From Euprymna scolopes (taxonomy: Eukaryota), in the NCBI GenBank assembly GCA_053919585.1, contig CM132795.1: 64,000 bases of DNA; one strand, given 5' to 3'. Positions 26,990 through 40,899 of the stretch are shown piece by piece. The notes beneath the pieces are model-generated. The model was given only the letters and a program-made list of their open reading frames with translations, made no database searches and was not told the DNA's origin. A program made the position numbers and the translations under genes. Positions within the stretch are counted from its first letter, which is position 1. Each line of letters begins with the position of its first letter.

Positions 26990-28320
26990 GATTCAACGGC
27001 GTTCATTTTTGTTGCAATGATTTCCTGCATGTGCACGAGTCTTGATTACACGAAATCAACGATGCCCATATTGAATACCAGAATATCTTGAAAGTGATCA
27101 ATTAGCCCCGAAGCATTACATTACTATCGGAAAGGATAAACCAGCGCTAGTTTATGGTCATAGGTAACTCTGAGTCAAGAGTAGTTCAAAGTATCATCGT
27201 TTAATCTCTAGTTAAAACAATCAAATGCAGTGTAAGACCTGACAAACTTGTTGAAGCAAGCTATTTCGTCGGATTTTCTGTGGATCACATTCAGGGTAGC
27301 ACTTTCGCCTCTGGAGAAGGTACCACCATTCCTACAGACTTGAAGTGCTTGCAATCTATCAATTTAGATCTTTTGTTTACCATTTCATGTCATCAAATGA
27401 AACAATATTGTATTAGAAAAAATATTAAAGGACTTAATAGTTTTGATTTTATGCATCTTCCACAATTTTAATTTGTACTGGAAAAGTCTTGATTTTTCAC
27501 TTTTTTCTTATATTTATGTTCCGTAGTTCGTCTGTAGTTATGTTCAACAGCCAAGCCTCAGCTTCATCTCCAAAGGTGGGGGTTAATCGTGTTTCCCTTA
27601 GGAAACAATTCCTACTTCACACTCTCAGGAGATAATGAGTTTCAATTAAGAGATGTCTTAAGGTGCCATTTCCTACAGAATCTGTTTTATGCAAAGTGAT
27701 GGGATGACGTTATCAAATAGTTGCAAAATTATCCCAGATTCCAAAAAGTCAATGACTTGAGTATACATACTATCTGGTTCTCGGTGGTATTAAAGTGGTC
27801 AAAAGACGCTTCCTTGATACTCAGGAGATTCATGGTATCTGACATGCTGGGACTCGTTCAGCCAATCGTTTCTCAGTTTTATGGATTCTTATGGATTCTA
27901 TCCGTCTTCTCCAAAACAGAAAACCAAGAATCGGTATTGAAGTAATGTCTTTCAATTGTTTTGTCTGCTAATTTAATGTATGCATTGATATACAAAATTT
28001 TAGTCTTGTATATTTAGGCAGAATTTCATTATCACGCATATTTTGAAGAGGATCTTCGTTCCTCTTCAATAAAATATGCGCAAAAATTTTAGTTGGAGTC
28101 GAAAATAAACCTTTTGAGTCTTTATGGTTTGAATGTAGCTCAAGCTTTTCGTAAACTAAAAAAAGGAATTGTCTTGAGATTTATAACAGGTTTGACTTTT
28201 GATATACAAAAACACAGAATAACCTGTCACTGCTCGGAAGATATCCATTATCTTGCAGTAATGGAATGATAATTTGATATAGTGAATGGACCTGAAAGGA
28301 TATAAGGCATGTTGAGCTCG
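26990..28320. repeat. Ancient diverged relic, copy A (homologous to 33760-36180)
   Basis: Colinear shared blocks, e.g. TTCAAAGTATCAT, ATCAAATGCAGTGTAAG, TTTTCTGTGGATCACA, TCAGCTTCATCTCCA.AGGTGG, GATTCATGGTA, CTGAAAGGATATAA.GCATG. Confidence 0.8.
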
Positions 28321-28519
28321 ATGTGTTCTGACATTCGGCAGTTGAAGATCAGTAAATGCAGTCAATTTAATCTTTATTCTTAAAGGTTACTAGTCTCCAT
28401 TCATGGCTTAACTAGTTAATATTTGATGAGGAATCCTGATATACTTGTATTTATTATATCACCTCCCCTGAGCTAAATTTTTTAGATTAAGCTTCAATTT
28501 TCTTTTAGGGTCTGGACAT

Positions 28520-29460
28520 AATCGATTAACTTTCTTAGTCTATCTTCTATCCTTCTGGCAGTGGTGATGTCTTCACCCTGGTATTTCTGGCCTTGAATGT
28601 TGACTTGCAGAAACGCGAATCTAAAATGTCTCATACAGGCGATTCATTGGAATCGCCTAGGTATTTTCTGTGATATTTAGTATCCTGCTGACAATTGATT
28701 CCAATATATTTCTACGAATCTTTTCTTTCATGCCAGGACATGTTTAATTTACTTGGTTATTCCTTTAAATACGTTTTCCAGCCTTAAAATAGCCTTGTTA
28801 CCTGACTTGTACTCTAGTCATGTTCTTTTTTTTCCTTTTTCTTCAAAGGACTGGTCAACCGTCTCGTTAAGACAAAGCGTATTTTTCATGCACATTAAAT
28901 TTACAATGATAAACCTGGTGGTATATTCTGATTTGAGGTAATTCTATATATTGCTCCCGAAATTAAGCAAAATTCAAACCCCATTTAAATGTTTTTCCAT
29001 GTGTCCATGTGATCGCTTAATATTATACTGATGTGGTCATTTGATCAAGATATTTATTTGAAGAATTCCTTGAATTCTATTCCTGTAAAGTTTCATTGTT
29101 GCTGACTAAAGTGATTAAAATGTCATTAAGTGGTTTGTTGCAGTCGGATGTTTGCATTTAATTTCTGGCGACAATGATAAAGTAATAAGATCAATTTATT
29201 GACCTTAGTTGATTTGCAATGGAGTCTTTGACTAGTTAAATATTTAATGCTGGATCTCTTGCTTAGTTGGTATCCTCTACACAGGTTTAATCAAATTTTC
29301 ATCCTTGGCTGATAAGTATTTCATCTCACGAAAGATTTGCCCTAAAATCCCCTTATGTATGGCCGGGTGTAATTTTCTGAATTAGGCATTCAAAGGACTC
29401 GTAAATACTGCATTTAAAAATGATATATTATGAATCTTAATCCATGTTCGTGGTAATACT
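28520..29460 (-). mobile_element. Heavily decayed RTE-like LINE RT fragment
   Basis: Degenerate GDFRANLS (~QxGFRxxRS), LSPE and ERKI.R.I.G-like motifs on the minus strand. Confidence 0.35.
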
Positions 29461-32400
29461 GAGGAATGAAATCTAATTTTCATTTAAATTATACATGTAC
29501 AGAATTCACTCTTATACTAATAAACCAATCATTATTTTTAGAACCCAGCTGTAATGGCATACAGGTAATATTTAGTTATGCAAAAAGTCTCTTGATAATT
29601 CAGGTAGTCCTGAAGAATTATAAGCAAGGTTTTGTGAGAAAAAATTAAGATTTATAAGATTGAAGGGCGATACTCGGAAGTGGACAGTTAGGTTTATAAA
29701 AACAAGTGCTCTTCAAGCAGCCAACTCCCAAAAGGTTCAGATGAGTTCCCTTGGAAAATAAAACAAACGTTTAATTTCATCTTTTTACCTCTATTCTTGA
29801 CCACAATACAATTTTCTCCATTTTTCACAAGACGGTTCACAATCTGTAAATACTACCTTTCCTATTTTATGCGGTAAATGAATATAAAAACATTAACTGT
29901 AAGTAAACATCTAAAGGGGCATACCATTTAGTCTTAGGCAATCTCTGCTTGCAAAAGCGTTTCCTCTACGGGAGCATGTTACTTGATTATTAGAATCCAA
30001 GTCAATGGCTTGAAAGATAACGTTAATTCTTGATGCAACATACTGTTTAATTCTAACACTCAATATAACTGTCCTATGCGATGGACATCTGGGCCTTGCT
30101 AGTTATGGTTGCTATTGCTTTTCTCAGCTGTGACATAATTTTCGCTCGCTATTTTGTGGGAACAGTTTGAATCGAGAAGCACTTAATAAGCCGTTTGGTC
30201 GATATGCATCTTGTCCGGGGAGCAGTGATGCATTTCGTCTTCTGGCTAGTTTTCCTTGGCAACACTGGGGCTACTAAATCAAGCTGTGTGAAGATACTGT
30301 CGGAGATGAAATGCACTTAATATTAATGTTTGGTTTTTCTACTTCCTTTTGCAAAACTTATGTTCTACAAAAACAACCCACCTTTGCCCCTTTATTTTCC
30401 CTTTCTTTCCATCGCCACTTCCTAACTGCTTTCCAAACTTAAATGTACCAAACATTAATACTGTAACCTTTCCCTCTCCCATTTCAATGTTCATTTGTCA
30501 TGCGAGGCAATGAACAAAATCACTATAAAACCAAACGCTGCAAACTAGCGATTGAAGATACAAAGAGCTTGAAGAATAAAAACCTTCTACAAGACAACTT
30601 GATGCATCATGAATACTATTTTCAAAATAACTGGATTCGGCATTAAATCTTGCCACACTGAATGCAGCATATATACCTCCCTCTTCTGTCTACACAATCG
30701 TCCAATATGTAACACTTCCATCCACTATGGAGGAATCCTATGATAACCCTTGATTTAACTGATATGCTTAGTCAAGTAATTATTCAATGTGGCTTCAATG
30801 CTTGGATGTTCTTATAGGTTGCTTCTCTAATCAAGTGTGTAATGTAATGAAGATGCAAGCAGAAAGACCTTTTCTAAGGATTTGTTCAACTGAATTTTAT
30901 GACAAACGCGGCAAGTTGTCAGGAATGCAGGTTAATAAAATAAGTATTCAAATAAAGAAAAAGCAAACGGCAAGATCATGTGAAAGATGTGCAAATAAAT
31001 TCCCTTTAATACAAAGTTATAAGAACATTTTAACGATATTTAATCGCAAATGCATATACAAGTCTGTTCAGGCAACCCTATAAAATGATCAGCTTCAGTG
31101 CTGCAAAGACAGATTCTTGCCTGCCAATTTCCGGATGGTAAAGCATTTGTCTGCTAAACCCAGGTCTAATGCAAAATATCTGAAGTGCAATCTTCATTAG
31201 CTCAATATTCGTCTTGTCACTCATTTAGCTGTATGTAGTGTATCTACTTAGTTACAGGCAATAATTAGCTCTGCTTGATTCTACATGCAGCATAGTTAAG
31301 CTATCAAATGTGAGCTGTAAAACTTTAGTTTCAGATCTAACTTTAAATGCATGTTTTAAGGATTAAGTCGCATGTACATTAAATGTCCGTCTATGATAGT
31401 TTGAATTTGGAGGCAAGGTGTTCGGCAAATTTGTAGGATTCTAGTATTGGTTTCTGATTCTTACAGTTGGGTTGGTGTCATTGCATCCTCAAATTGTCAG
31501 CATTAAAGCCTCTTGCTCTGATAGTGGAAAGTTGTGATGAGTTTTTAATTTTAGTTTTTACTTTCATTCTAGGTTTTTTTTCTATTGAATGAGTTTTGTA
31601 GAAGACCATCTAAAATATTGGAATAGGTCAAAAATGAGTTGGAGCACGAATGCCTAGAAATGTAAAATTACAGAACTTTGTGCTCTCTTATATTAAGATC
31701 GGAAAATGCATTTATTCGAGCGAGAATGATAGAATAATTTGAGATTAAGTAATATTATTTTTCACATGCAAAAAAATTGCTTATGAATAAACATGCATCT
31801 GAATTTTGTGAAAAAAAATGAAATATTTTAAGAGCAGAATGTTAACATTGATGTTTTCTTACACTTTCATCCAACCAAACGATCCTAATTTTTCCATTTG
31901 TCTCCTTGTGGAGCAATAACATGGGACCTTAAAATGTTTGGTAAGGTACTTGTAATTCCTTCTGTTTAGTTTCAGAGAATAACAATGGTCCCGTTTTTTT
32001 TTGTTTTTTTTCCTTTGTACCAACACTAAATTCGAACACCCGTCCGGATTCTTGAGCAAAAATCATTTTTCTATTTTAGATTCGACTCGCCTATTCTGCA
32101 TAACTACCCGCTCGAATTTTACCTGTTATGGGTTAGCGCCCATGTGCTACACGCTTTCTTTGCAATGGGTATATGAAAGTCTTGTATGCTCATTCCTCAC
32201 TCGTAAGCGTCGCAAGAAATTCAAATTTAGCCTCTTTATTTGAACTGATGACTAAACTTTCTAATGGTTTATATTTCGGTTTTAATGAACAAATCCAGTT
32301 TGCATCCATCTAAATTATATATCAGCTGAAACAAATGCTTTATGCATTCCTTAAAGTGATGCTTCTAATTTTATAATTAGAGACTTATACAAAATGGCAG

Positions 32401-34050
32401 AATATTTTGTCAATGACATTAGGATTTCTGGAAAATTGCATGTTTACTGTTGAAAAATGTTTCTTTGCAGTGTTTCCCATTAAGTTTCTCCTTGCATTTT
32501 GAAATAATGCAATCTGTAAGGTATTCATAAATTCTCCAAAATATTCTCTAATAAGAACGTTTCCAACACAACGGGCTTTCTTTAATTTTAAATCAAGTGT
32601 TCTTTCAGTCCTTTCATTCGTAATTCTCTACATATGCTCATTTGTTCGATAGCGATCAATCCAATGAAGAAATGCCCTTTAGCAGATGGGTATTTCTGAT
32701 ATGCGAAGCTTTCTTTTCAGCTTTTAAAAATATATATACAGGGTGTTGCAAAAAAAAAATGCACTCGTTTGTAATCAAACAGGAACGGTGGAATAGTTTT
32801 GAATACAGAAGAGTTGTAATTGAAGAATCGTGTTTACAAATGTTTACCATTGACTACTATTGTAAAGAGAAACATTTTGGACGCCTATTTAAGTATATTT
32901 AAAATGATTAACAGATTCGGATAAAATAGCACAAGTTATTCGAATTTGGGTCCTTCAAACTACTGTTCTCTTAACATTATTTTCATAACGTCTCGGTTGA
33001 TGTAACCTCCGACCTTCAGCTTTATCTTATCCATCTCAAATCTGGACATAATTTCTAATGGAACGCTTCAACTGTAACTGACCTACTAAAATTTGCAGGT
33101 TCGATTCTCAGTATAGGCGACAGAAAAATACAACTGCAAATTCCCTATTACCTTTATCCTGTCATGGCTGATGAAAGAAAAGGCATAAATAAGTTTCATT
33201 GGAAACTGTCCAAATTTGAGTTCGGCAGAAACCTCCCCTGAGTAAGATGAGAACAGTAGTCTGAAGAATCCATATATGAATATCAAATCCTGATTTCCAA
33301 TTCAGAAATGTAAGAATGGTTTAATTCAGAATTAAATTTGCTAATATTTAAATGCCCATGTTGTGCTGTGAACTTGGAAATTTCTAGAATATATGCACCT
33401 TGTATAGAGTACTATAAACACCATGGTTTGCAGTTTAGAACCAATGTGGTTGGTATAGTATTTATATTGCTATTTTGTCCGCCACAATGCGAAACAATCG
33501 ATGATATAAATATTCACGATATGTGCAGAACTGAGCTACAGCAACCATGACGAGAACTCTAATTTCTGTATTACAGATAAGGACAAATTTAAGATCACGA
33601 ATATTTATCTATGGCTTTATCATAGATTGGATTGACTTAAATGCATTTTCCAGAAGATCTGTCAACAGGGTAAACTCTTATATAGTAGTTTTTAGAACAT
33701 TTTATTAATTTCAATTAATGCAGATCAGATGACGCTCGATCGTTCAGGATCGAACAAGTCTCTTTGTTGCAATTAAGGATTTCTGAATATAAATGAGACC
33801 TGATTACTTGAAATGTTCATATTGAATCTTTAAGAGTATATCTTGAAAAATAAATCACTTAGACCAGAAGACTTAGATGATCCATTGAAGTGATAAACCA
33901 GTGTTAGTTGACCATAAATCACTTGAAGTTAAGCGTAATTCAAAGTATCATTGTTCTATCCCTCAGTTTTAACAAGTATCAAATGCAGTGTAAGGCCTTC
34001 CAAATTTGTGGAAGCAAGCTGACTATTTCGTTTTTCTGTGGATCACAAAG

Positions 34051-34299
34051 ATATGACTTTAAACTATATCCAGTGGTGAGGCCCCAGCTTGCAGGCTTTG
34101 GGGAGTGTGGAGCAACCCTTTTAATTACCATTGCTCCCAGATGTACTCTGACCCAGAGTGGTAGTACCTGTTAGGGTCCCAACTATGGATTAAATAGAAA
34201 CCGATTTGAAAACAACAAATATATTCTATTAAAAACATTTTCTTCCGAATCTTTAGATTCGACATTAAATAAGCCGAAAGGGGTTGCTATGCCGTAAAA
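34051..34299 (+). mobile_element. Structured SINE-like retroposon, copy 1
   Basis: Aligns with 41843-42101 (AAACTATATCC..GGTGAGGCCCCA..GGGAGTGTGGAGC..CCATTGCTCCCAG..ACTCTGACCC.GAGTG..CATTAAATAA..TATGCCGTAAAA). It interrupts relic copy B. Confidence 0.75.
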
Positions 34300-34708
34300 A
34301 AGGGGGCAGTAAAATCATTTCTGGGGGAGTCTCAATTCCTACACACTTGAAGTGGTACCACTAATTGCAGTGGTTACAATTGATCTGTTTTACAATTTGA
34401 TATCAAATGAAACTAAATCTTCCACAATTAGTTTGTACTGCAAATTTCCTTTGATTTTCACATAGGTTTTTCTGTTAATATATTTGTCCTGTAGTTTATA
34501 TCAGTCGGCTTACATGTTCAACAGTCCAACATCAGCTTCATCTCCACAGGTGGAGGTAAATTATAATAGTGGGTTTCCTAAGTGAAACAATTCCTGCTTC
34601 ACCCTGATGTTAACTACTTATCTGATCCTCTGAAACTAGTTAAGTAGTTGTCTCGTCTCATGCAAGGTGATTTGATGACCACGTTATTCTCCTCCAAACA
34701 GTTTAAAA

Positions 34709-35617
34709 TTTTTATTGCATTTTCACCCCCCCCCAAACAAGGCACGGTGCCGCTTTGATGTAGGAGGCTACTATCTGGAACGCAATTGCAGGGATACTAT
34801 ATAGGGAGTCGAGAAACAAGATATTAGTTTACATTACACTTTAACTTCTGCATATCAATACAGTCAGGGAACCGGTAAGGGAATTCCAAAGTTTACAAGT
34901 TCTGGGAAAGAAACTTGGGGTACGTTTCTTGCCATCTGAGGATCTCTAGGGGTGGGATTTTGCTGCTTGTCAGGTATTTACGTCGAGGGGGTACAAGGGC
35001 TTGTAGTTCATTGTAGCATATGCCATTAAAATATTTGTAAACAGGTAGACGGATGCAACATTTCGTTGATGGGCTAGGCTGAAGCCTAGCTGACAGTTTG
35101 GGACCTATTAGGTTGGCGACTTTTGAATCCTGTACAGGAATGAGACTAGTAGCAGATGCACTAGCCCAAATTTTACAATACACTATACATGGGCGAATGG
35201 TGGCCTTAGAGAGGTACAAGATATTTTTAGGCATAAGTAACCTTCTAGCATGGTAGAGCCAACTTTTTTTTGCGGTCGTGGCGCTGCCTTCTGTATATCT
35301 GTTCCCACTAAGCTGTCCTGTGAACGTTAAGCCGAGGAGTTTGAACGTACTTTCGGGTAATTTTTTTAACCATAGCTAGTGGTAGTTAAGATTTCTTGTA
35401 ATTAAAGGAAGGGAGCTTAGTCTTGGCAGTATTTAATGTGACCATTTTTGTTCCAATCTACCAGATTGGAGGTCTTCCTGTAGGCTTTCCACTATTACTT
35501 TAGGTATGTTCCCCCCTCATGCCTACCATAGAGCATGGTATCAGCAAATATACTCATCTCGGATACGAATTTATCCATGGTCAGTTATGAATATCGAGAA
35601 TAAAGGTCCAAGGACCC
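34709..35617 (-). mobile_element. 5'-truncated CR1/L2-group LINE (RT C-terminus plus 3' UTR)
   Basis: Motifs GVLGPLF, SIFAD (YADD box), LYLSKATIRPCIVYCKIW, YKYFNGICYNELQALVPP and SFFPRTCKLWNSL. AATAAA and A-tail at the 34709 end. Confidence 0.82.
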
Positions 35618-36179
35618 CTGAGTTTACACTGTATTTTAAACTTGGTTTGAACCATTTCTTTGTAAAATACAAAGAGCTAGTAATGATTATACAAAATAAA
35701 TTTCGAAATTTAATCGGAGGATTTATTTTTACACATTGCAAAATGTTGTATGCATACTTATATCACTTAATTTATTTGTCCAGAAGACTTCTGATACTCA
35801 GATTCATGGTACTTTCGGCTTCATGGATTCTATCAGTCTTCTCTTCTGGAGAAGACTAAGAGTTTTGAATAATTAACAGTATTTGGAGGTAATGGTTTTC
35901 AGTTTGTAGTTTGCTTTAATATACGAAATTTTACTCAAAGCAAGAATGTTAACATTGGCCTGGCTAGCAACCTTCCAGAAGCGTTTTTATGGTTTGAATA
36001 CAGCTTTGAAGCTTTTTCTAAACCAGAGACCAGAGGAATGATCTGAAGCTTATACCATGTGCCATATTTCTTGATATCCAAAACGATAGAACCTGCCACT
36101 GCTTGGAAGGAATTCCTCTTCTCAGTCTGGTAGAATTTGGTAAGGCAAATAGAACTGAAAGGATATAATGCATGCATAG

Positions 36180-36570
36180 TTGGAAAAGTCCGAGTCGCAC
36201 GACTATGTTCACAACACGGGTCTGATTGCTTCTCGTAGAACTGCCCACCTATGGAACGGTGTTCTGCTGGCTTGCTTCTTGACTGGGTACAATATCGTTG
36301 CCTTCAAGTACAATGTAAATAAGTTCGGAAAAGTCTGACGATGTTCACTCTACATGGGTCTGAATACTGCCCCCCCCAGCAACCTGTTTTATGGTGCCCG
36401 GGCGCACCTCAAAATTATGTAAGAGACGCTATTTTTCAAGAACTGTTAGACTGTTGGCATTAAAAGACCACCGTCGCCATCTTCAGTCTTTTTGTGTTTC
36501 CTTCTCGGTCCGCACAACAGATGTTTTTATGGTAAGCCTCCTATTTTCCCTGCGGAACTATGGCAATGGA
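36180..36570 (+). mobile_element. Two short 3' fragments of CR1/L2-group LINEs
   Basis: SRRTAHLWN...GYN...FKYNVNK, then YFSRTVRL (~FFPRTxxLWN). Confidence 0.6.
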
Positions 36571-38823
36571 CTCTGACGTTAAATAGGTAAATTTTGTAGG
36601 TTTTAGGTATCCAGTCAAGCGAATCTCGGTGGTCTTAAAAGGTACTTTTTACTTTATATTTGAAATGGGGTAGGCTAGTAATACTGGAAGTATATGGCAA
36701 TTAACTTTGTGCATAAAATGCAATGAAAATCTTGCCTTTTAAATCGGTAAAGGTAGATCCAGTTACTGAAATGTGGTTTTTGCCTGAGGACCTATTAATT
36801 CAACTACTTAAACGTATCAAATCTTTAAACAAGGATTATTTTGTCAAATAAAACGATAAGGAATTTTCAAGTGTTTCTGGCACTAAAGAATTCTAAATTT
36901 CAAAGTTTATATATTTATTTCATCTAAGAATTAGACAACTTAACTTGGATTTAAAGTATTTTTAAGTTTCAACTCAAACGTTTACTTAGCACACTTTATG
37001 TCGAGGAAGTTGAAATTCCAGGAATTTTTTGATCGCAACAAACTTTTTTCCAGCATTTCAAACTCTTTGACTTATAACTAATAATGATTAGGTGTTTAAG
37101 ATTTTCTTACATTAGACTTCATGAGCTTTTGTCTTATGTTTTTGTATGAATTCGCTCAGATGGTTTTCATATCCAGTAAATAGAAAAGTTAATTTCAAAA
37201 TGAATGCTACACTACATTTTTAATTAAACCTTAAAATTAAGCAATATTTTTAATTTTATGGTCTTGCAACATTTCATGAACTCTTGCTTAATTAATCGAT
37301 TACAGTAACAGATATAGTTTACATGCATTTTAATTTATTTTTGTAGAAACGTTGCAAAACAAATGTTGCTAAATAAATTGGCTTTAGCTATTGTTAGGGT
37401 GAAATGCTATGTTTAATCAAATTTCAAACTGTATATAGTGCATTCAAGGCAGCCTTGTTGTTGACAGGCGACCTATTACAGGTACCATCTGCTTCTACTT
37501 GGTATACAAGATAAGTCTGGAACTTCTAAGTTTATGCCTTAATCTTCACCCTATATTGCTCACATCTGACTCCCAAGCCAGAGATAACGTAAATGCTTTC
37601 TGTATTCTCCCAACAGAATACTTCCAGAAGTTAACGTTACATATTGTTAGAATAGTTCAAATATATCTTAATGTAAATCAGTTTTTGAATCTGTTACTGA
37701 ACATGCAAAATTATTCTTACAATATCGTTTACTAATCTTCCAAACTAATCATGTTAGTTTGGTTATTTTGGCACATTTTGTAAATGATCTTTACAGGGTG
37801 TTGCATCATTACCAATTATCCTGATCATTCATATTATGGTCCTTAATATTAAATGTATGTACTCATTTTTGCTGTTAATTCGCTTCAGTTTATGCTTTTA
37901 TGATCTAAGAATAGATTTGTTTCTGTAGTTCTTAGATTGGTTTATTGGAAAACACTTGTGTGTGCGTATGTGATTATGTAAAATGTTATTCTAGCCACAT
38001 TAGTTTTCAATATTTATATGGTATGTCATGTATATTTTTCTAGTGTTGAAGCATAGGTAATATATTTCCATCATAGAAACCATAACTCAAGGTTTTAGCA
38101 AGAATACCTAACGAACCCGTTCACACAGGGTTAGTTTACCTTAGAGTAACGACAGCAAATACGGAACTTCCCACACAGCATAATCGGGATCTTGCCACTG
38201 GATTCATTTTCATCACAAATGTTTCCTTTATGGATTTATTCTCTTTATTTTGGTTCTTTACCTTGCCTGAGCTATTTTTTATTGAGTCCTTATATAGAAA
38301 GGACTATGTAGGTAACGGAACAAATATAAATCTTAACTTTTCTGGAATTTTTAATCTTTCACCAACATTTGGAAATAGTTTAGTTTAAGGGTGTCTACTA
38401 ACATCAGTTTTCATATAACTTCCTAATATATTTCCTTAACTTCGATATATTAGTCTCCTGCAATTTGCTCTTCAGACTGAGATCCATCTATATCGCATCT
38501 AAATTTCGCTTTGTTTAAAAGTAATTAAATTAAAAAAACAATTCTTCCAAATTGGAGCGGCGTTTGTATTCATATCTTATTGAAAAACCTTTTTTCTCAT
38601 CTCACGATGGTCGGTTCTTAAAGTTGCTTTCTCTAAGGGTGTAAGCAGATTGTATTTGCATAATGCAGTATCTTAGTTATGACTGTCAACTTTTAAAATC
38701 TTTGTCAGGTTTTGGTCTCTTTATGAATTAAGATTTGTAAAACCTTATAGAAATCTTCGATAATGAACGAGTTGCATATTGACATGTCTTTGTATGATCT
38801 GAATTATTTAGAACACTACCGCC

Positions 38824-39441
38824 TGTTGTGGTCTAGTATGACGGTACTTTAGACTTCAATCTGAAACTCAACTAAAATTTTACAATCTGAATTTTTCTGT
38901 TTTCGAGGTTTAGCATCTGTTCGAACATTTTTTTCTTCACATACACACACCCACATGTGTACACATCCACGTACACACACATGCATGCTCGCGCGCGCAA
39001 ACATGCGCATATTGGTGACGTCACTTCCTTTTAAGTGAAATCCAGACGTGCAGTCAGAACACTGACCAGATATAAACGTCAACAACGTTCAACTTCCTCT
39101 TCCCTTTTTGCCTGTGTTCATCAACCAAACAAGTTCGCATCCACAGCTTGTGGCCAGAAGACACTTCCACGTGGCCGATTGCTATCATTCACTTGCGGCT
39201 TTACTGAGGTCAACCCTCTTTGTCTACATGCTGGACTGCCATTTCTCTTTCTCCTACTTTATTCCTATTTTTCCACGCGCGTAATCGTCAACGACTGAAC
39301 TGAACACATGTTCCACCTAAACCATTTATTTTCAACAGAAAATAAACATGTTCATTTTATTCAGCAATTGAGTTCTTTCCTTCCTTCCATTCATTTCATT
39401 TTCTTTTGTAGCGAGTTAGGATTATATCCTGGTCCACAACA
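38824..39441 (+). mobile_element. Solo LTR (~618 bp)
   Basis: Termini TGTTGTGGTCTAG ... CTGGTCCACAACA (TG..CA imperfect inverted ends). TATAAA at 39071 and AATAAA at 39341. The possible TSD is degenerate (CGCC/CGTT). Confidence 0.75.
39002..39076 (+). promoter_or_regulatory. LTR U3-type Pol II promoter cluster
   Basis: ATGCGCAT, ATTGG (39011-39015, CCAAT reversed), palindromic CRE GTGACGTCAC (39015-39024) overlapping ETS core CACTTCC, and TATAAA at 39071. Confidence 0.55.
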
Positions 39442-40074
39442 CGTTTCCCATCTTAGATTCATTTTGTTTGCGTTATGCAGTATCTTCAGTTTTTCATAAA
39501 ATATCATTTTCGATAACTAATGAAATATTACATTGAAGTCGCCATTTTTTTTATCTGTATCTTAAATACAAGCATCTGATGGTCATCAAATATAGAGATC
39601 CTTAAATTCTATTTACCGGTGCAACCAGAGCATGCTACATTAAATAGCGCTTTTATTTCAAATGAACAGCCCATTAATTCACAAAATGCCAAACTCAAAA
39701 TACGGTCTGGAAATAACGATGCAAAACTTTAAATAAAAAAATAACTCATTTTACAGTAATCAGCTATTTAAATTTTGAATCTGACTAAAGACATTTATAT
39801 ATTTAGTTTTTCAATATTAGAAACTTTACACAGCTTTGTTAAAAAATTAGCATGGCCAACAATTTGGATCAAGTGAAGAGAAAATCTAAAATGATGAAAG
39901 GAAATTCAGTAGTACCTGTAAAATTTCTCCCACTTAACTACGTGGAAACTCTAAAAAGTGACATGTTTAAAATGACTGCGACTGAACAAACTTCTGCTTT
40001 GCTATTTAAGCTTGTGGATGAAAAACCATCTGGCTAAAGTAACTGAAACGTAACAATTTGGAACCCGTGCGTCG

Positions 40075-40190
40075 TAAGTAACAAATTCTAATTTGTTTTC
40101 AGGATGTTTGGTTTTTAGTAATGTTTTTATACAAATTTAGGAGGTACACTTTAGTAACTGATTGTTTAATACCATACATCCTAGTATTTA
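40075..40190 (+). repeat. Dispersed repeat C (second copy ~55605-55735)
   Basis: Shared ACAAATTC.AATTT..GTTTTCAG..TGTTTGG.TTTTAGTAAT..TTATACAAAT. Confidence 0.7.
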
Positions 40191-40899
40191 TTGAAAAAGT
40201 CCCTCTTAAAAAAAACTATGAATTGAATTCAGAAATTAAATTTTTAAAGTTTAATCAGCGAACATGCCATAATCATGAGCTTTACTTGTTGAAGGCGTCT
40301 TTTGTTCAGTGAAAGTAGCTTTTATTTGCTTAAAGCCCAGGGCTCCACATTTTGTATTTTCACAATTATGTAGTGACACTTTAGATCGCTGAATATTTGT
40401 AAGTCGGAGGGGGCATTTTTGAAATTGGGTTTGAAATATTTTAATCCCGAAGCAGAGTTAATTGCTGGAATTTGTCAGATCTATCACATGCAGAAACTGG
40501 CTTCACTGCTCCGTTCCTCTGACAAGCCTATTCTTGTTCCTAGTTTTCAATTTTAGGATTGAAATAAAAGGCAGTGGGTATGTATAAAAGGAATGCTATT
40601 TAGCTTGGTTGAGTAAGCAATAATATTGATGAGCAATATAAATTGTTTTTCATGGGAAGTCGACTTTGGCTCCGCCTTCATTTTTGTTTGTAATCTCGCT
40701 GAACTGGTCATAAATGTTACCACTTGATTCTAATGCCATTCAAATTCTGATAAGGCTTGATACTTTTTACTGCAGTTTTTGTCGAGAGTTGGGTTGTAGT
40801 TTGGTTTGAATAACCAAATGAAACTAATTGAACTGCAGTATTTTTACCAAAGGAGGGCCATTTTTTTTTCCAGGACAAGTGTATTGAGATAACAGGTTG

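Larger units (their letters stand above)
33760..36180. repeat. Ancient diverged relic, copy B, interrupted by a SINE-like and a LINE insertion
   Basis: Same blocks in the same order as 26990-28320, split by inserts at 34051-34299 and 34709-35617. Confidence 0.8.
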
